Origin: Octopus vulgaris
Lineage: Eukaryota
Direction: 5' to 3'
Length of the DNA: 64,000 bases
NCBI GenBank assembly: GCA_951406725.2
Contig: OX597823.1
Location: 21,080,001-21,144,000, forward strand
In this document: positions 1-13,749 of the stretch, piece by piece
How the letters are laid out: every line of letters starts with the position of its first letter
How positions within the stretch are numbered: position 1 is the stretch's first letter
The notes under the pieces: model-generated
Told to the model about the DNA's origin: nothing
Seen by the model: only the letters and a program-made list of their open reading frames with translations
Database searches by the model: none
Translations under genes and position numbers: made by a program

Positions 1-463
1 TTATCATATCATAAGTGCTTCCATCGTCTAGTATTGACCAGCGGGTATTGCTTGTTTCTCCTTTATTTACAAATATATTTAGGAAGATTGCCTGATGACA
101 GAATATGGTATCGCGCTGGTAAATTTGACAGTTGAATGATTGCTCTGCGTTTTCACCTTACTTGGATGATATGTTGTTAATAGGAACGTCAGTACAGGTA
201 TTATATTGGTGTATTGATTGCAATAATATCACTAAACGATCATAACTCAGGAGAGCGTTATGCACATGAAATATAAACACATATATAAACTATAAATATA
301 TGTCAGATAATGTGATGAAAAACTTCGGTTAACTGAAATTATTCATGGAATTAGCAGGCAAATTCCAAGAGAGTTTGAAATCTAAAAACAACAAGGATGA
401 TACATCCAGTATCATACGCAACTCATATGTAAGGAATTCAACCGTATTTCTTCTGTATGTACC

Positions 464-687
464 TATTTCTTTATTACCCACAAGGGGCTAAACACAGAGA
501 GACAAACAAGGACAGACATAGGTATTAAGTCGATTACATCGACTCCAGTGCGTAACTGGTACTTAATTTATCGACCCCGAAAGGATGAAAGGCAAAGTCA
601 ACCTCGACGGAATTTGAACTCACAACGTAACAGCAGATGAAATACCGCTAGGCATTTGGATCGGCGTGTTAACGTTTCTGCCAGGTC
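464..687 (-). mobile_element. tRNA-derived SINE, family A, with 23-bp target-site duplication
   Basis: Minus strand shows an A-box-like TGGCAGAAACGT, a B-box GAGTTCAAATTCC and the central GCCTTTCATCCTTTCGGGGTCGATAAATTAAGTACCAG domain shared with other copies in the window. ACCGTATTTCTTCTGTATGTACC is exact at 441-463 and 688-710. Confidence 0.9.
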
Positions 688-1349
688 ACCGTATTTCTTC
701 TGTATGTACCGTTTGCCGCTTTTCAGTGTGGTGTTGGTATCATTGGTGGCTAGGTTATTTATTCCTGGAAGCCGATCGCCGATAAGCAGAGAAATTTCCA
801 GTACATCACTTATATAATATAAAGAGCCATAAATTATCTCGCATGTAAATCACTGTATTACTTGCACAATTATACTTCGACCTTTTCATCATTTCTCCTT
901 TTAATTCGTTTGATATGTAATCGATAGTAAAGAATAATTTGTGAGAAGTCAAGTGACGTTCTTTTATCGTAAACGTCGAAGAAAGATGACCGGGGCGTAT
1001 AAATTTTTGAACGCACTTCTAGATTAATGACGATGTTGGTGTTAAAGTTTAACAGCATATTATTTTTGTTGGAGCAGACAATGGCCAGCATTGCCACTCT
1101 AATAGTGCTTTCCAAAATATTACTACAAACCGTGAGTGTGCCATCTTTTGAAAAAATAACAATGTAATATTAGATATTTGTGGCTGCTATTCTTTGCATA
1201 TTGAGCCACAACGGAGGGAATTCTTCACTGGAAAATTACTGATAAGTTGGACATTGTAGCTAAGCCCCAGGAAAGCACTAACTGGGCAGATCTATTATCA
1301 AAAGAATTCCAAACTTGACCACCCTATTGTTTAGAAGTTTTCAATAGTA

Positions 1350-2618
1350 TTGAATAAATAATGTTTTTTTTTTCAATTCTATGAACTATAAGTCGGAAGG
1401 GGACGGGATAAATTACCTGCATCAACTTGCTATAATATTAATTTTACATTGTCCTTATTCTTAGTGCAAATTCTGAAGAGAGCAGTCCGATTTTAACAGT
1501 TATTTTTTCGAAGCTATAATGGAAGTGACAAACAAGTATATTCGACATATTTTGCTCTGTGAGTTCAATAAAAACAACAATACAACGGAAAGTGCAAGGA
1601 ATATTAATGCAGGATGTGGTGATCGGACAATAAGCGTAAGCCTGTGTCAACGATGGTACCAGAAATTCCGAGCCAGAAACTACATCCTAGAAGACGATCC
1701 TTGTCCTGGGAGATCTGTAAAGCTCTATGAGGACATCCTGTAAAACCTAGTGGAACAAAATCCCATCGTAAATGTTGAAGAGCAAACAGAGAAGCTTGGA
1801 TTTCATATTTCAACTATTCATAGACACTTGTGTGCCATCGGAAAAGTCAGCAAATTGGGTCAATGGGTTCCTCGCAAACTTTCCGAGTCTAATATTGCAC
1901 ATAGATTGAATCTGTGCTCTTCTTTGCTGTCACATCTAACGAATGAATCTTTTTTTGACAGAATAGTGACTGGTGGCGAAAAATGCATTCTTTAGAGAAA
2001 TGTCAATCGCCGAAGACAGTGGGTAACGAAAAGAGAAACACCGGCACCCCAGGTTAAAGAAGATTTTTACCCACGTAAGGTTCTCTTATTTGGTTGTTGG
2101 GATATGAAAGGTTTAACCGACTTTGAACTTTTAAACCCAAACAAAACGATAACAAATCAAATCTACTGCAAGCTGCTTGAACGGCTTAAATCAGTGCTAG
2201 AAGGAAAACGACCATCTTTCGTTTCAATACAAAAGGTGTTCCTCCATCAGGATAATGCTCGGCTGCATTTAGCGAGGACGACATTTCAAAGGCTGGAACT
2301 ATTTGAATGGGAAACGATGCCCCACACATCATATTTGCTGGATATTACCCCATCTGATTATCATTTATTTTGCAGTCTTCAAAATCATTTGGGCAGAAAA
2401 AAACATGTATTTTGTAGACAACGTCAGAATACTACTGGAGGAGTATTTTTCGTAATGAAGAAGTGAATTTTGGAAGGGAGGTCTTGCAAGTCTATCAGAT
2501 AGATAGAACATCGTAGAAACTGAAGGAGAGTATATTTAATATTGAAAAAGAAATTTGTTTATCTTAATTTTGAAAAATAAAAGTATAGAAACCGCATTAT
2601 TTACAGGATGACCCAATA
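1350..2618 (+). mobile_element. mariner (DD34D) DNA transposon, degenerate full-length copy
   Basis: Transposase remnant at 1519-2539. TIR-like 3' end CCGCATTATTTACAGGATGACCCAATA (2592-2618); the 5' TIR near 1350 is only partly recognisable. Confidence 0.85.
1519..2539 (+). pseudogene. mariner transposase pseudogene (stops/frameshift)
   Basis: Motifs across ORFs 1519-1743, 1750-1995 and 2104-2466: WVPRKL (WVPHEL), RIVTGGEK (TGDEKW), HQDNAR, SYLLDITPSDYHLF (YSPDLAPSDYHLF). Confidence 0.93.
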
Positions 2619-2804
2619 CACACACACACACACAGACATATACACACTCACACACACACATACACACATATTCCCACTTAAATGGGGATATGTGGATGTT
2701 CTCTTAGTAAAATCGTTACTGCTGTAGATATCACGAGAGAAACTTTCATATAGACTCTCGGCGCAGATTGCACGGAGATAATTCTTAACCAACTCCATTG
2801 CGAA

Positions 2805-2856
2805 GAGCACCTGATCGCGATATTTCGACCTTCCTTAGTCTCATCAGTGATGGACG
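2805..2856 (-). ncRNA. type I minimal hammerhead-ribozyme-like motif
   Basis: Minus strand reads ccatca CTGATGA GAC-taaggaag-GTC GAAA tatcgcga TC aggtg: intact core and near-palindromic stem III, but weak stem I. Confidence 0.55.
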
Positions 2857-3395
2857 AGCGGCCGCTAGAGATAGCAGCGATTCATCTGCCTGCTAGCGAT
2901 ATGTAGAAAATCAATGACAATAGGCACTGTGTTGTGATTAATCAGTGACTTCGTTAAAAATATATACAAGCAACAGAGGCAATATTAACACCGAGACGTA
3001 ATATTTATCCTCACTTCAACATGCATATTCTGATAGATCAAACTTTACTGTCTCATACAGATTCTTGGTGCAAAATACACGTTTGTTTATACCGCTGTGA
3101 GGAGATGAGTCGAGTGTCCATAACCGATTAGATCAACGAAGCTCGAAATCATATGATCTGTTCGTCTCGGCGCTAGAGTCAGTGGGGACATATCTCCTCG
3201 CTAGTGATATAAATAAGCGTGCATTTTGTACCAAAAGCCTATCTGAGACTTTCATAATATCTGCCGCAATAAAGTTTGTCCTAACAGGACACCCACATTC
3301 AAGTGGGAATACGCATTGCCTCTCGCTATTAACACTGCCTCTGTCGCTAATACATATGTATGTACACATATACATACACACGCACACACACATAT

Positions 3396-3606
<211 letters not shown>

Positions 3607-4144
3607 GATGCATACATATTGTCATATATGTGTGTATATATATATATTATGCATGTGTATGTGTGTGTGAGTGTGCGTTTGTGTGTGTATGTGTGTGTAT
3701 GTGTGTGTTTGTGTGTGTGTGTTTATGTATGCATAAAGGATCTTTTCTGTTTGGTTCGCACTTCTCCAAATTTTTAAATTAAGTGAAAACTTAGCGATGT
3801 AATTCTTGCGCGCCGAATTCGATGTTGTAATTCTGATGTCTCGGAAGCAAAATTTTGAAAAACTGATATCGAAGTTTCATCTTTGACAATCTTCTCCCAT
3901 TCGAAAAACAGGATTTGGAAGATGGTATTTTCCTCGTGGTAACTGTCTTTGACAACATTAGATGAAACATTACGATGACGACGATTGAGGCTTTAATAAG
4001 TTTTAATGAGTAAAATCATGTGAAATGTTGGAACAGGTTTGTAAACAATATAAAAAGGAAAAATACTCAATGAAAATCTTTCTTTTTTTTAGCGAAAAAT
4101 TACTAAAAAATACCAACGTTAAATTGCCAAAAAAATAAACTCGT

Positions 4145-4630
4145 TCATATTAGCAAAACATATTTTGTAGCGAAAATTGAAAAACGGAAGATTGTGATGC
4201 ATTCAAGATGTTTGTCAACAATTTTGCAATTTTCGTATCTCCTGCGCCACATAAACACGCAGAAATACAAGCCAACAATAGAATCGTGGGAGCCACATCG
4301 ATATTTATAGTTTTGTTTCCCGTTGTTGCGTGTGGATACCATCTTTTGAATTTATAAACTCAATGCTCTGGTTCACTGTTCTATGTGGAAAATAATAACA
4401 ATCAACTTCAGGAGTCGCCAAAAGTTGTCGTTCTTGGAAGAATCGACTCAGTTATGCATTCTTCCAGTGTATCACGATTCTGATATGGCACCGCATAAAA
4501 AAATATCTCTGATCTCACGACACACTACTCCGAAGATCCACTGCGTAGGTGGTACCCTTCCCCAGTTGTATTTATGTCTTGAGAAGGCTATTTCGTCAAT
4601 CTCAACAATCTTCCCATAGCACCGCTTGTT
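4145..4630 (-). pseudogene. Merlin (IS1595/ISXO2-like DDE) transposase remnant
   Basis: GKIVEIDEIAFSRHKYNWGRVPPTQWIFG matches the Merlin VEIDE..RKYNRGR..QWVFG block. TVNQSIEFINSKDGIHTQ matches TVNHS..FV...G.HTQ, and YFCVFMWRRRY matches YL.EFMWR. Possible decayed TIRs near 3740-3762 and 4820-4845. Confidence 0.8.
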
Positions 4631-5239
4631 ACTTTGGAAACAGGCACCAATGTGTCTGTGACTTTCCATTGGCTAAAATTACCAAAATTAGAAAAAAATT
4701 AAAGGCTATTAACTTTTTATTCTTCACTTTATGGCAAAAATGAATTTCATTTCCATAATCAATATACGATATCAGTGCACCAAATTTGAAATATATTGGC
4801 ACAAAATTAAAGGAACTGAAATGTGTAAGCCAAACAAGAACAAAATTTTAATCTTATATATACACGCATATGAATAAGCACATTTGTGTATGGCTACGTA
4901 GATATGCCACAATGCTTAAAATCATAAAATATGATTCATAAACGTTACAATTGAATTTTTAAGGCTACATGCAGTGACTCAAGTGTTCTAAATAATTTAA
5001 ATAAGTTTCGATGAAAAATCTCAATTATATGAAAGAATGAAAGGAGTAGTTAAATGATGTAAGAAAAAGATCTGTAAAAATTGAACTAGTTAATTGAATT
5101 TTTTCTAATATTATAAAATAAAATATTCTAAATTGAAAATGACAATACTTAAATTTTAACGACTTCAATATAGCTTTTGTTTTACTGATCATACTCTTCA
5201 GCTCCAAATTATATCAGAATTGGGGAAGGTAGACAATAT

Positions 5240-5365
5240 GCATGTATGTATGTATGTATGTATGTATGTATGTTTGTTTGTATGTATGTATGTATGTATG
5301 TATGAATGCATGTATGCATGTATGTATATATGTGCGCGCATGTGTGTATGTATATGCAAATACGC

Positions 5366-5411
<46 letters not shown>

Positions 5412-5521
5412 ATATAAATGTATATATATATGTATATATATGTATTTATATACATATATATGCATATATATATGTATATATATACGTATATAAATACATA
5501 TATACACATATATATATATAT
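5240..5521. repeat. compound (TATG)n/(TA)n microsatellite
   Basis: Seen directly; forms the left flank of the LINE. Confidence 0.95.
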
Positions 5522-7372
5522 AACGGCATTCCCCAACACGATGCTAAAGAAATGGCAGAAATACTGCAGAAATAATACTGCTCTGTCTTTAGTGATCCCA
5601 CTGATATTGACGTAAGCGAAACGAACGAAGTTGACTCCCAACACAAAATCTCAGACATAACATTCACTGCCACTGACATCGTAGCAGCAATAAATGAGGT
5701 CAAACATTACTCTGCTGTAGGCCCTGATAGATTTCCCGCTAGTCTCCTGAAGGAATGTAGATACCAACTTGCAGTCCCTCTGACCAACCTCTGGAGAAAT
5801 TCGTTAGACGCAGGTTATATACTGAAACAGTTTCTATCCCAGTCAGTCATCCCGGTTTTCAAACAGGGAAACAGATCCCTCGCACTCAACTATCGCCCAA
5901 TCTCACTCACCTCCCACATCATCAAAGTGTTTGAAAGAGTGTGTTAAGATCAAGGATAGCTGACTTCCTGGAGACCCACAAACTCCTAAATGCAAATCAG
6001 CATGGCTTTCGCTGTGGTAGGGACTGTCTAACACAGCTCTTACACCACATTGAAGATGTACTCAAAGCCTTGGGAACAGGTTCGAACTCTGATGTCATAT
6101 ACCTTGACTTCAGTAAAGCGTTCGACAGGGTAGACCATAATATCCTACTCTCAAAATTGGCAAATGTTGGAATCCGTGGAAAAGTTCTACACTGGATCAA
6201 GTATTTCCTGGCGAATAGAACACAACATGTTGTACTTGATGGAGTCCACTCAAGCCCAGCAAAAGTCACCAGTGCGAGGGATCTGTTTCCCTGTTTGAAA
6301 ACCGGGATGACTGACTGGGATAGAAACTGTTTCAGTCCGCTACTCTTCATAATCTACATAAACGAGCTTTCCAGTGTCGTCCATTACTGCAAAGTGAAAA
6401 TATTTGCTGATGACACTAAGCTCCAGCAAATCGTCAATGAAGAAGCAGACCGAACTCAGCTCCAGTTTGATCTATATGCTGTGAGTCAATGGGCAGACAG
6501 AAACAAAATGCAACTGAACGAGGGAAAATTTGAGCTGATGCATTTTGGAAGAAATTCCTCACTAAAACAGCCATACTCACTTCCTTCAGGGGAACCGCTC
6601 ACAGCCTCTAACAATATCAGAGACCTGGGTGTAATTGTTGATGACGATCTCAATTGGAGTGCACACATCAACAAGAAGGTCGATATAGCTCGTAGGATGA
6701 GTTCCTGGATCTTAAGAACATTCCGGTCCAGAGAACAAGGTGTCATCATACCACTTTTCTCCTCCTTTGTACGGCCACACCTCGAATACCGCTGCCCATT
6801 GTGGTCTCCCCATACAAGACAAAACATCTCGAGGATTGAATCACCCCAGAGAGCACTCACTAAACGAATTGAAGGCATGGCTGCTCTCGATTATTGGGAT
6901 CGCCTTAAAGCCTTGAAACTCTACTCTCTCCAGCGTCGCCGTGAGCGGTACATCATTTGTACGATGTGGAGAATATACTGCCAACTTTGCCCAAACGACC
7001 TGAACATTAGCTTCAAGGTTCATCCAAGACTGGGACCACGGGCCATACGTCCCCTGCTTAATTCAAGATCACAGCATACATGTACACTACAACATAATTT
7101 CTTTTCCTCAACAGGCCCTGCCCTATTTAACATTGTCCCGAAAGAGATCAAAGAGGAACAGGATCCCATCAACTTTAAACGGAGTCCGGATAGATTCCTT
7201 CAAGGAATACCAGATAAGCCACCTATAATTGGATACAACTCACCCAACAAAAACTCACTACTTAAATGGACCATAAACAAAACTTGACTTAAACAGGATT
7301 CAAATAATCCTATCAGGTAGTACTATTAAGTTAGACATGGCCTGGACCAATCATTGGTCGAAACATATCTAA

Positions 7373-7376
<4 letters not shown>
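5522..7376 (+). mobile_element. 5'-truncated CR1/L2-group non-LTR retrotransposon inserted in (TA)n
   Basis: RT region from ~5640 (GPDRFP..LKEC, IPVFKQG, NYRPISLTSHIIKVFER) to the stop at 7287. Short 3' UTR with GACCAAT-C-ATTGGTC stem-loop; TA repeats on both sides. Confidence 0.92.
5941..7287 (+). pseudogene. LINE ORF2 reverse transcriptase, C-terminal part (frameshift near 5941; motif B replaced)
   Basis: QHGFR, YLDFSKAFDRVDH, PLLFIIYIN, FADDTKL, RDLGV, VRPHLEY, LYSLQRRRERY. The expected GVPQGxVLG motif is missing. Confidence 0.92.
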
Positions 7377-7411
<35 letters not shown>

Positions 7412-9159
7412 TCGGGGTGAGTACTTGATAATTATAATTGAATATATATATATATACACGTATATACAACGCTAGTGAGTTCTCTGAATAAACCTCGCAA
7501 ACGCCTATGGATCTGTGTGCCACGAAGCACATAGATCTATGTGGATATAGCTTTTCCAAGACATCACGTTCTCATTAAGATCAACAGATCTATTGTAGAA
7601 TATTATTACTAACTATAAATGAGAGTTGCTTCTGCACCCACCACATCAGTATTTCCTATTCTTTCGCTTCATTCCTCCCACTCTTTTTTTATATTACTAT
7701 CTATTTCTCCCTGACTCACTCACTCGCCTTTTCTATCTGTATGTCTCCTTCTCTCTCTCTTTCTCTCTCTATCTCTTTTTTCCCCCTGTGTCCCTCCCAT
7801 TTTCATCATCTCTCACCTTATTGCTTCCTTTTTGTTCTGCCACCCTCACCTCTAAATCAACTTGTAAATTATTAACTTTAGCAGAATAATTAATTACTCC
7901 AGAACTGCGAATGATTGTGTTGCTGATGCTCTCAGTTGCCGGTGCAGATACATGCATAAGCATCTGAATATTGTATAACAACCTATTTTCATTCATCTAG
8001 GACGGAAGTCACATTTTGTGAATAATGTCCAAATTACGTTCGCGACCAAATGTAGCTTTCTTTCCCATGAGGAATTTTGTTTGCTAGGGACTTCAAAAGA
8101 AGCAAAAGCCATTGAAATCCAAACTCAGAATCCTCAACTTGTATGCATAGATGAGAGTCAATGCTTTTGGAAGTCAAGAGTATGATCAGTAAAACAAAAG
8201 GTTACAAGCTTAACAGGGAATATTTTCTTCCGACATCAATGACGCCAGAGATTAAGCTCCGATAATCGCAGTAGTTAAAAGGACAAACGTGTTGGTATTA
8301 AAAGTGTTCCTCAGATTGGCACATCATTCAATAGCATGCTAGATTTTATGCAAAAAAATACAAACCGTCTAAGGTCGGCATCATCAACTAGCATCTGTTA
8401 CAGGCACTTCTTGGAAAAAGAAAAATTTTTCAGATCAGCAAATACTGTTCCGGACGAGGTTAAATAGTTTCCTTGCTTGTAGAATGTTTGAAGTTACTGA
8501 AGCCTTCATCTTTCCCCAACACACCGACTTGATACTCACTAATGCTACTTCTTAATTTAGATTAACAGAAGTTATATATTGGCACAAGAATTGAAGGTTA
8601 AAACCATTGATATTAGCTACGCCAAATAATAGGATGCAATTGTACTCTCAATTCCACTTGTAATAGTTGCCGTATTTCATCTTCAGGAATATTGTTTTGT
8701 GAATAATCAGTTTTAAGAAAGATACCCAAGAGGTAGAAACATCTTCAACCACTTGTTATTTATGAATATTTAAAACACTGTTGGTAAACACTAAACCATT
8801 ACATAACCTGAGGGATTCACATGGCTCTGTCCAGTACTGCCAAGTCTGTGATCGATGTAAAGCAGCTAATATCATATATATTGAGATTTTTCACGATAAT
8901 TAATATCATTTTCACGTTATGGCATTTGCAGTGTTGAATATCCTCTCAGCATTCACATCTCCATCTTCTATGACAATGAATTTACTTCCATGGGTGGTTT
9001 ATTCCCTGACAATGACATGTAATCGTGTGCTAATAAACTGAATAAGACATCATTAGCAAGAATACTGAGCCACTTACACCAACTTAAAGAAAAACTTCTA
9101 GTTTTATCCGTGAGCAACATGGGGGAAATTGCTAGTACACACGCACTCGAGCACACAGA

Positions 9160-9780
<621 letters not shown>

Positions 9781-10256
9781 TTTAATAAACTTTCCTTCTC
9801 ATGATATTTAACCGAAATAAATAATAATTAAGAAATAAATAAATACATGTATAATTCAAGAATAATAAACTGGTAAAATATAACAGGAATTAACAGAGAA
9901 ATATATTTGGCGCGCACCACTCATAGACCCGAACAAATACGCCACATATACCCATATAGCCATATCCACGTACACCGACACTCATATACATATGCGTACG
10001 TTGGGGAATATGCTGTTTCACTTCCATATCTGCATCACAATTGATTTGCGAAGATTTCAAATATTAAAGTTTTCTTTGTTGAATTTCATGAAATTTCCAA
10101 CAGCAATTATCCTGCTTATTCCGCTGAACACTTAATGTAAAACACGAATTAATCAGGTTTAAAGAAATGATGGCAATTAATTCTGAATTTTATACATGCA
10201 ATTGTATATACATATACATATGCACACATTCATACATACATAAATACATACATACA

Positions 10257-10292
<36 letters not shown>

Positions 10293-10320
10293 TATGTCCA
10301 CATATATATACATGTATATA

Positions 10321-11201
10321 TACCCATATATGCATGTATATATACATGTAGAGGTAGGTACGTACATATATGTATGTATATATGCATATGTTTTATTTAT
10401 TTATTAATTTATTATATGACGGAACGCACGCATCCATTTCTAAGTAAGATTGTTCTTAATATTAATAATGATGCACATTCTTAACCTTTCTCTCAGCCTT
10501 CATTCTTTTGGCTTTCCTTTTCTTCTACCTTACTGTCTCTCCTTCTCTCTCTCTCTCATTCTTCATTCTTTTCTCTACAACCATTCCCTTTTTTTCTCTC
10601 CCTTTCTCTTACTCTTTCTCCTTCCTCCCGTCGTTGACCCGCGACGAGAACTCTGCTACTGTCTTTCTGTCCTGGCTACCTTCAAGTAGAGACGGCACAT
10701 CTGTTGCTCCCTCGCCGTTCTCAAAAAATAGCGTTCGTAAAAATTTTTATCTCGTTCGGCTTAACAGCCCTTCTTGTTTGTGTTACTGTTATTCTCCTTG
10801 TCCTGTCTTTTACTGTTTATATTTTGTACTGTCGTTACTGCCCTGTGTTTGTTACCATTTTTACCCCTCCGCAAAAAAATCTCAAATTTTATTTAATTTG
10901 ATTTTCGCGGAAAGGATTGTTTCATTAAAGTCATGTATCGCCTTGACCTTTGAAACGTGGAGTAGATGAAACAAAGGCGACTGAAGAAGGGGAATTTTCC
11001 TTGTTTTGTATGTCCTGTACTCTATTTTTTCGTTGTTTAAGAAAAATGTCCATTTCCTTAGTTTTGTATTTATGTTTTCGTTTCTCATTGTGTTCGACGT
11101 TTTTTTGGTGTCCTGTACCTATATATGCATGTATATATACATGTAGAGGTAGGTACGTACATATATGTACGTATATATGCATATGTTTTATTTATTTATT
11201 A

Positions 11202-11207
<6 letters not shown>
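10321..11207 (+). mobile_element. non-coding PLE-derived or retrozyme-like unit (795-bp period) with ~92-bp terminal redundancy
   Basis: 10321-10412 recurs at 11116-11207 (2 mismatches). Hammerhead scaffold lacking the CUGANGA core at 10917-10974. The 3' part recurs on the minus strand at ~22800-23060. Confidence 0.6.
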
Positions 11208-11239
<32 letters not shown>

Positions 11240-11385
11240 ATACACACACGCAAGCATGCATACGTATGTATGTGTACTCTACACAGACGCACAGAGCCCA
11301 TCACACACAGTTACACACACACGTACACACATATACACATATATACATATATATGTCCATATATATATATACATATGTATATATG

Positions 11386-11430
<45 letters not shown>

Positions 11431-11835
11431 AGCTCCCATACGTACACATACATACACACAAGCTCCCATACGTACGTGTATGCTATGCTACACAGACGCA
11501 CAAGCCCCACCGCACACACTCTCACACACACACATATACGTACACATACACATATGTATACCATAAAAACTCAGGAGATATGGGAAGTCAATAAATAATT
11601 TACCATATGATATCCGCATGTTTTCGGCCGTGTCGCAGCCTTAATGATGTAATAATGATGTCAGTGTGTAAATCCTTTCACATATTTTACACACCTGCAA
11701 AAATATTGATGCATATACAAGACACAATATAATAGTGCATTTACAATATAATAGTGCATCTATATCAGTGCAGATATAGATGTCTAGATCCTCAGGTCAC
11801 CAGAATATCATAGTTATACTAATATTTCAACTCTG

Positions 11836-12376
11836 TTTCCGCCGCGGTCGTCTTTGCCTTTCATCCTTTCTGGGTCGATAAATTAAGTACCAGTTGCGCA
11901 CTAGGATCGATCTAATCGGCTTACCTCCTCCCCAAAAAGTTTTTGCCTTGTGTCTAAAGTATAAAATAATATTTCAATTCTGTAAGGCGGTGAGCTAGCA
12001 GAAATGCCGAGCGAAATGCTTAGCGGTATTTCGTCTGTCGTTACGTTCTGAGTTCAAATTCCGCCGAGGTCGACTTTGCCTTTCATCCTTTCGGGGTCGA
12101 TTAAATAAGTACCAGTTACGCACTGGCCTCGATGTAATCGACTTAATCCGTTTGTCTGCCCTTGTTTGTCCTCCCTGTGTTTAGCCCCTTGTGGGTAGTA
12201 AAGAAATAGGTATTTCGTCTGTCTTTACGTTCTGATTTCGAATTCCGCCGAAGTCGACTTCAGCTTTCATCCTTCGATGTTGATAAATTAAGAAAGTACC
12301 AGTTGCGTACTGGGGTCGATCTAATCGACTGGACCCCTCCCCCAAAATTTCGGGCTTTGTGCCTAGGAAAGAAGAA
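11836..12376 (+). mobile_element. SINE family A cluster: 5'-truncated copy (11836-11967) plus dimeric copy (11985-12376)
   Basis: Three GCCTTTCATCCTT..GTCGATAAATTAAGTACCAG-like domains. The 15-bp target AATATTTCAACTCTG occurs at 11821, 11968 (1 mismatch) and 12377. Confidence 0.9.
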
Positions 12377-12534
12377 AATATTTCAACTCTGCGTAAACAT
12401 ACAAAATTATAATTTATATATACAATCTATGGAAGATAGATAATATTAGATTTGTATGGTCATTAAGCAATTAAACAATATATATTTGTACGTCATTAAT
12501 TAAGATGCTGGAACAAAAATTTGGGAATTGATAA

Positions 12535-13230
12535 CAGTACTGGGAAAAAGTTTTCGGCCACTAAACTATTCTAAAATTTATATTTTGCCAACTTATACAG
12601 TAGCGGTCATGATATATGGTTCATTAAGAACAAGTGTATTGAAATATTTGTTACAGAAGATTAACAAAACGTTGAGACTAGATATTTTACACATAATTAG
12701 ATATATCTAATATCTATCTTTCTTAAGTGGATGTTCGCATTGCGTTTTTTACAGATGAAACATTGGCCCTGTTGGAGTCATTTCCATACCTAAACATTAT
12801 AGTTTGTAGTAGACGTTCTAAATAAGAGTGGAAGATGTGTAAAAGTTTTCGGCCACCTCACACAAAGCAATCGAAATATAGTGCTTTAAGACAGAAAAAA
12901 AGTCTATAATGAAAATCTATTACATAATGTTCATTTCAAGATGTTACTGTAGATTGTTAATATTTCGTGTGGCTTCCCTTAGCTTGAATAATTGCTTCAA
13001 TGCGCCTAGGAAGAGATGCGTACAAATCCTTCATCTTCACGGGTATGATATCCCATTCTCTGCGGCTAATCTCCCACAACTCTTCAAGAGTGTGTAAATT
13101 TTTCTGCTAAAAATCTCACTTGCATCCAAGTCAGGTATCAAAATATTCTTCAGCAACTGGATGTATTTAGCAGAAGACTTTTGCACGGTACTCTCTATAT
13201 ATTATTATATTATTCCTGTAATGTTCATAC
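12535..13230 (-). mobile_element. Tc1-like transposon remnant (3' end)
   Basis: Minus strand encodes TLEELWEISRREWDIIPVKMKDLYASLPRRIEAIIQAKGSHTKY*, a typical Tc1 C-terminus. TIR-like CAGTACTGGGAAAAAGTTTTCGGCCAC at 12535, with inner repeat AAAAGTTTTCGGCCAC at 12841. Confidence 0.8.
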
Positions 13231-13749
13231 CAATCTAATTTTCTCAACTATTGCTCGTATATTAGTCCACTACTTGCTTTACCAAGAGTAGAAAGACCAA
13301 GGGCAAAGCGGATCTCTGCAAGATTTGATTTCAGAAATCTTATCTTACATCGCACCAAATCTACAAATTCATAATGAATCTATATGTTCCATAGAAACGA
13401 CAGGAAGATGCGAGTTGTGGTGTTTTGTTGTGGCTGCTGTTGTTGTTGTCGTCGTCGTCGTTATCTCTCTTCCTCTGATTATACATGATCGAGCAACTAA
13501 CCAAACGTAGCCAACCCCACAGTGCTTTTTTTCTTTTCTGGTATAGTATATCTGGAAGTAGAATGTCTTTTATGTAAATCTTTTCGTAAGACAGATGTCG
13601 TTGATATTTCTAACGAATTCAAACTATACGTGAGAACTCCTTCCCTCGGCACTGGAGAGATGAATGATCTACGTTTACTTCCCCTTTTATTAATTTTTCT
13701 TAGTTTAGTTTTGGTTATTTACTCAGTTGATTTGTTAAAATTTTAACAG

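Noticed and set aside
90-130. CCTGATGAC as a hammerhead core
   Set aside because: No GAAA or consistent stems downstream.
870-1115. ORF with FDVYDKR resembling a PLE RT thumb motif
   Set aside because: A single short motif; insufficient support.
5997-6878. Antisense ORFs over the LINE
   Set aside because: Shadow frames of the RT coding strand; the QSVIPVFKQGNRSLA match comes from the inverted insertion.
7508-7540. GATCTGTGTGC-cacgaa-GCACATAGATC hairpin
   Set aside because: An isolated short stem with no ribozyme core or U-tract; no function can be supported.
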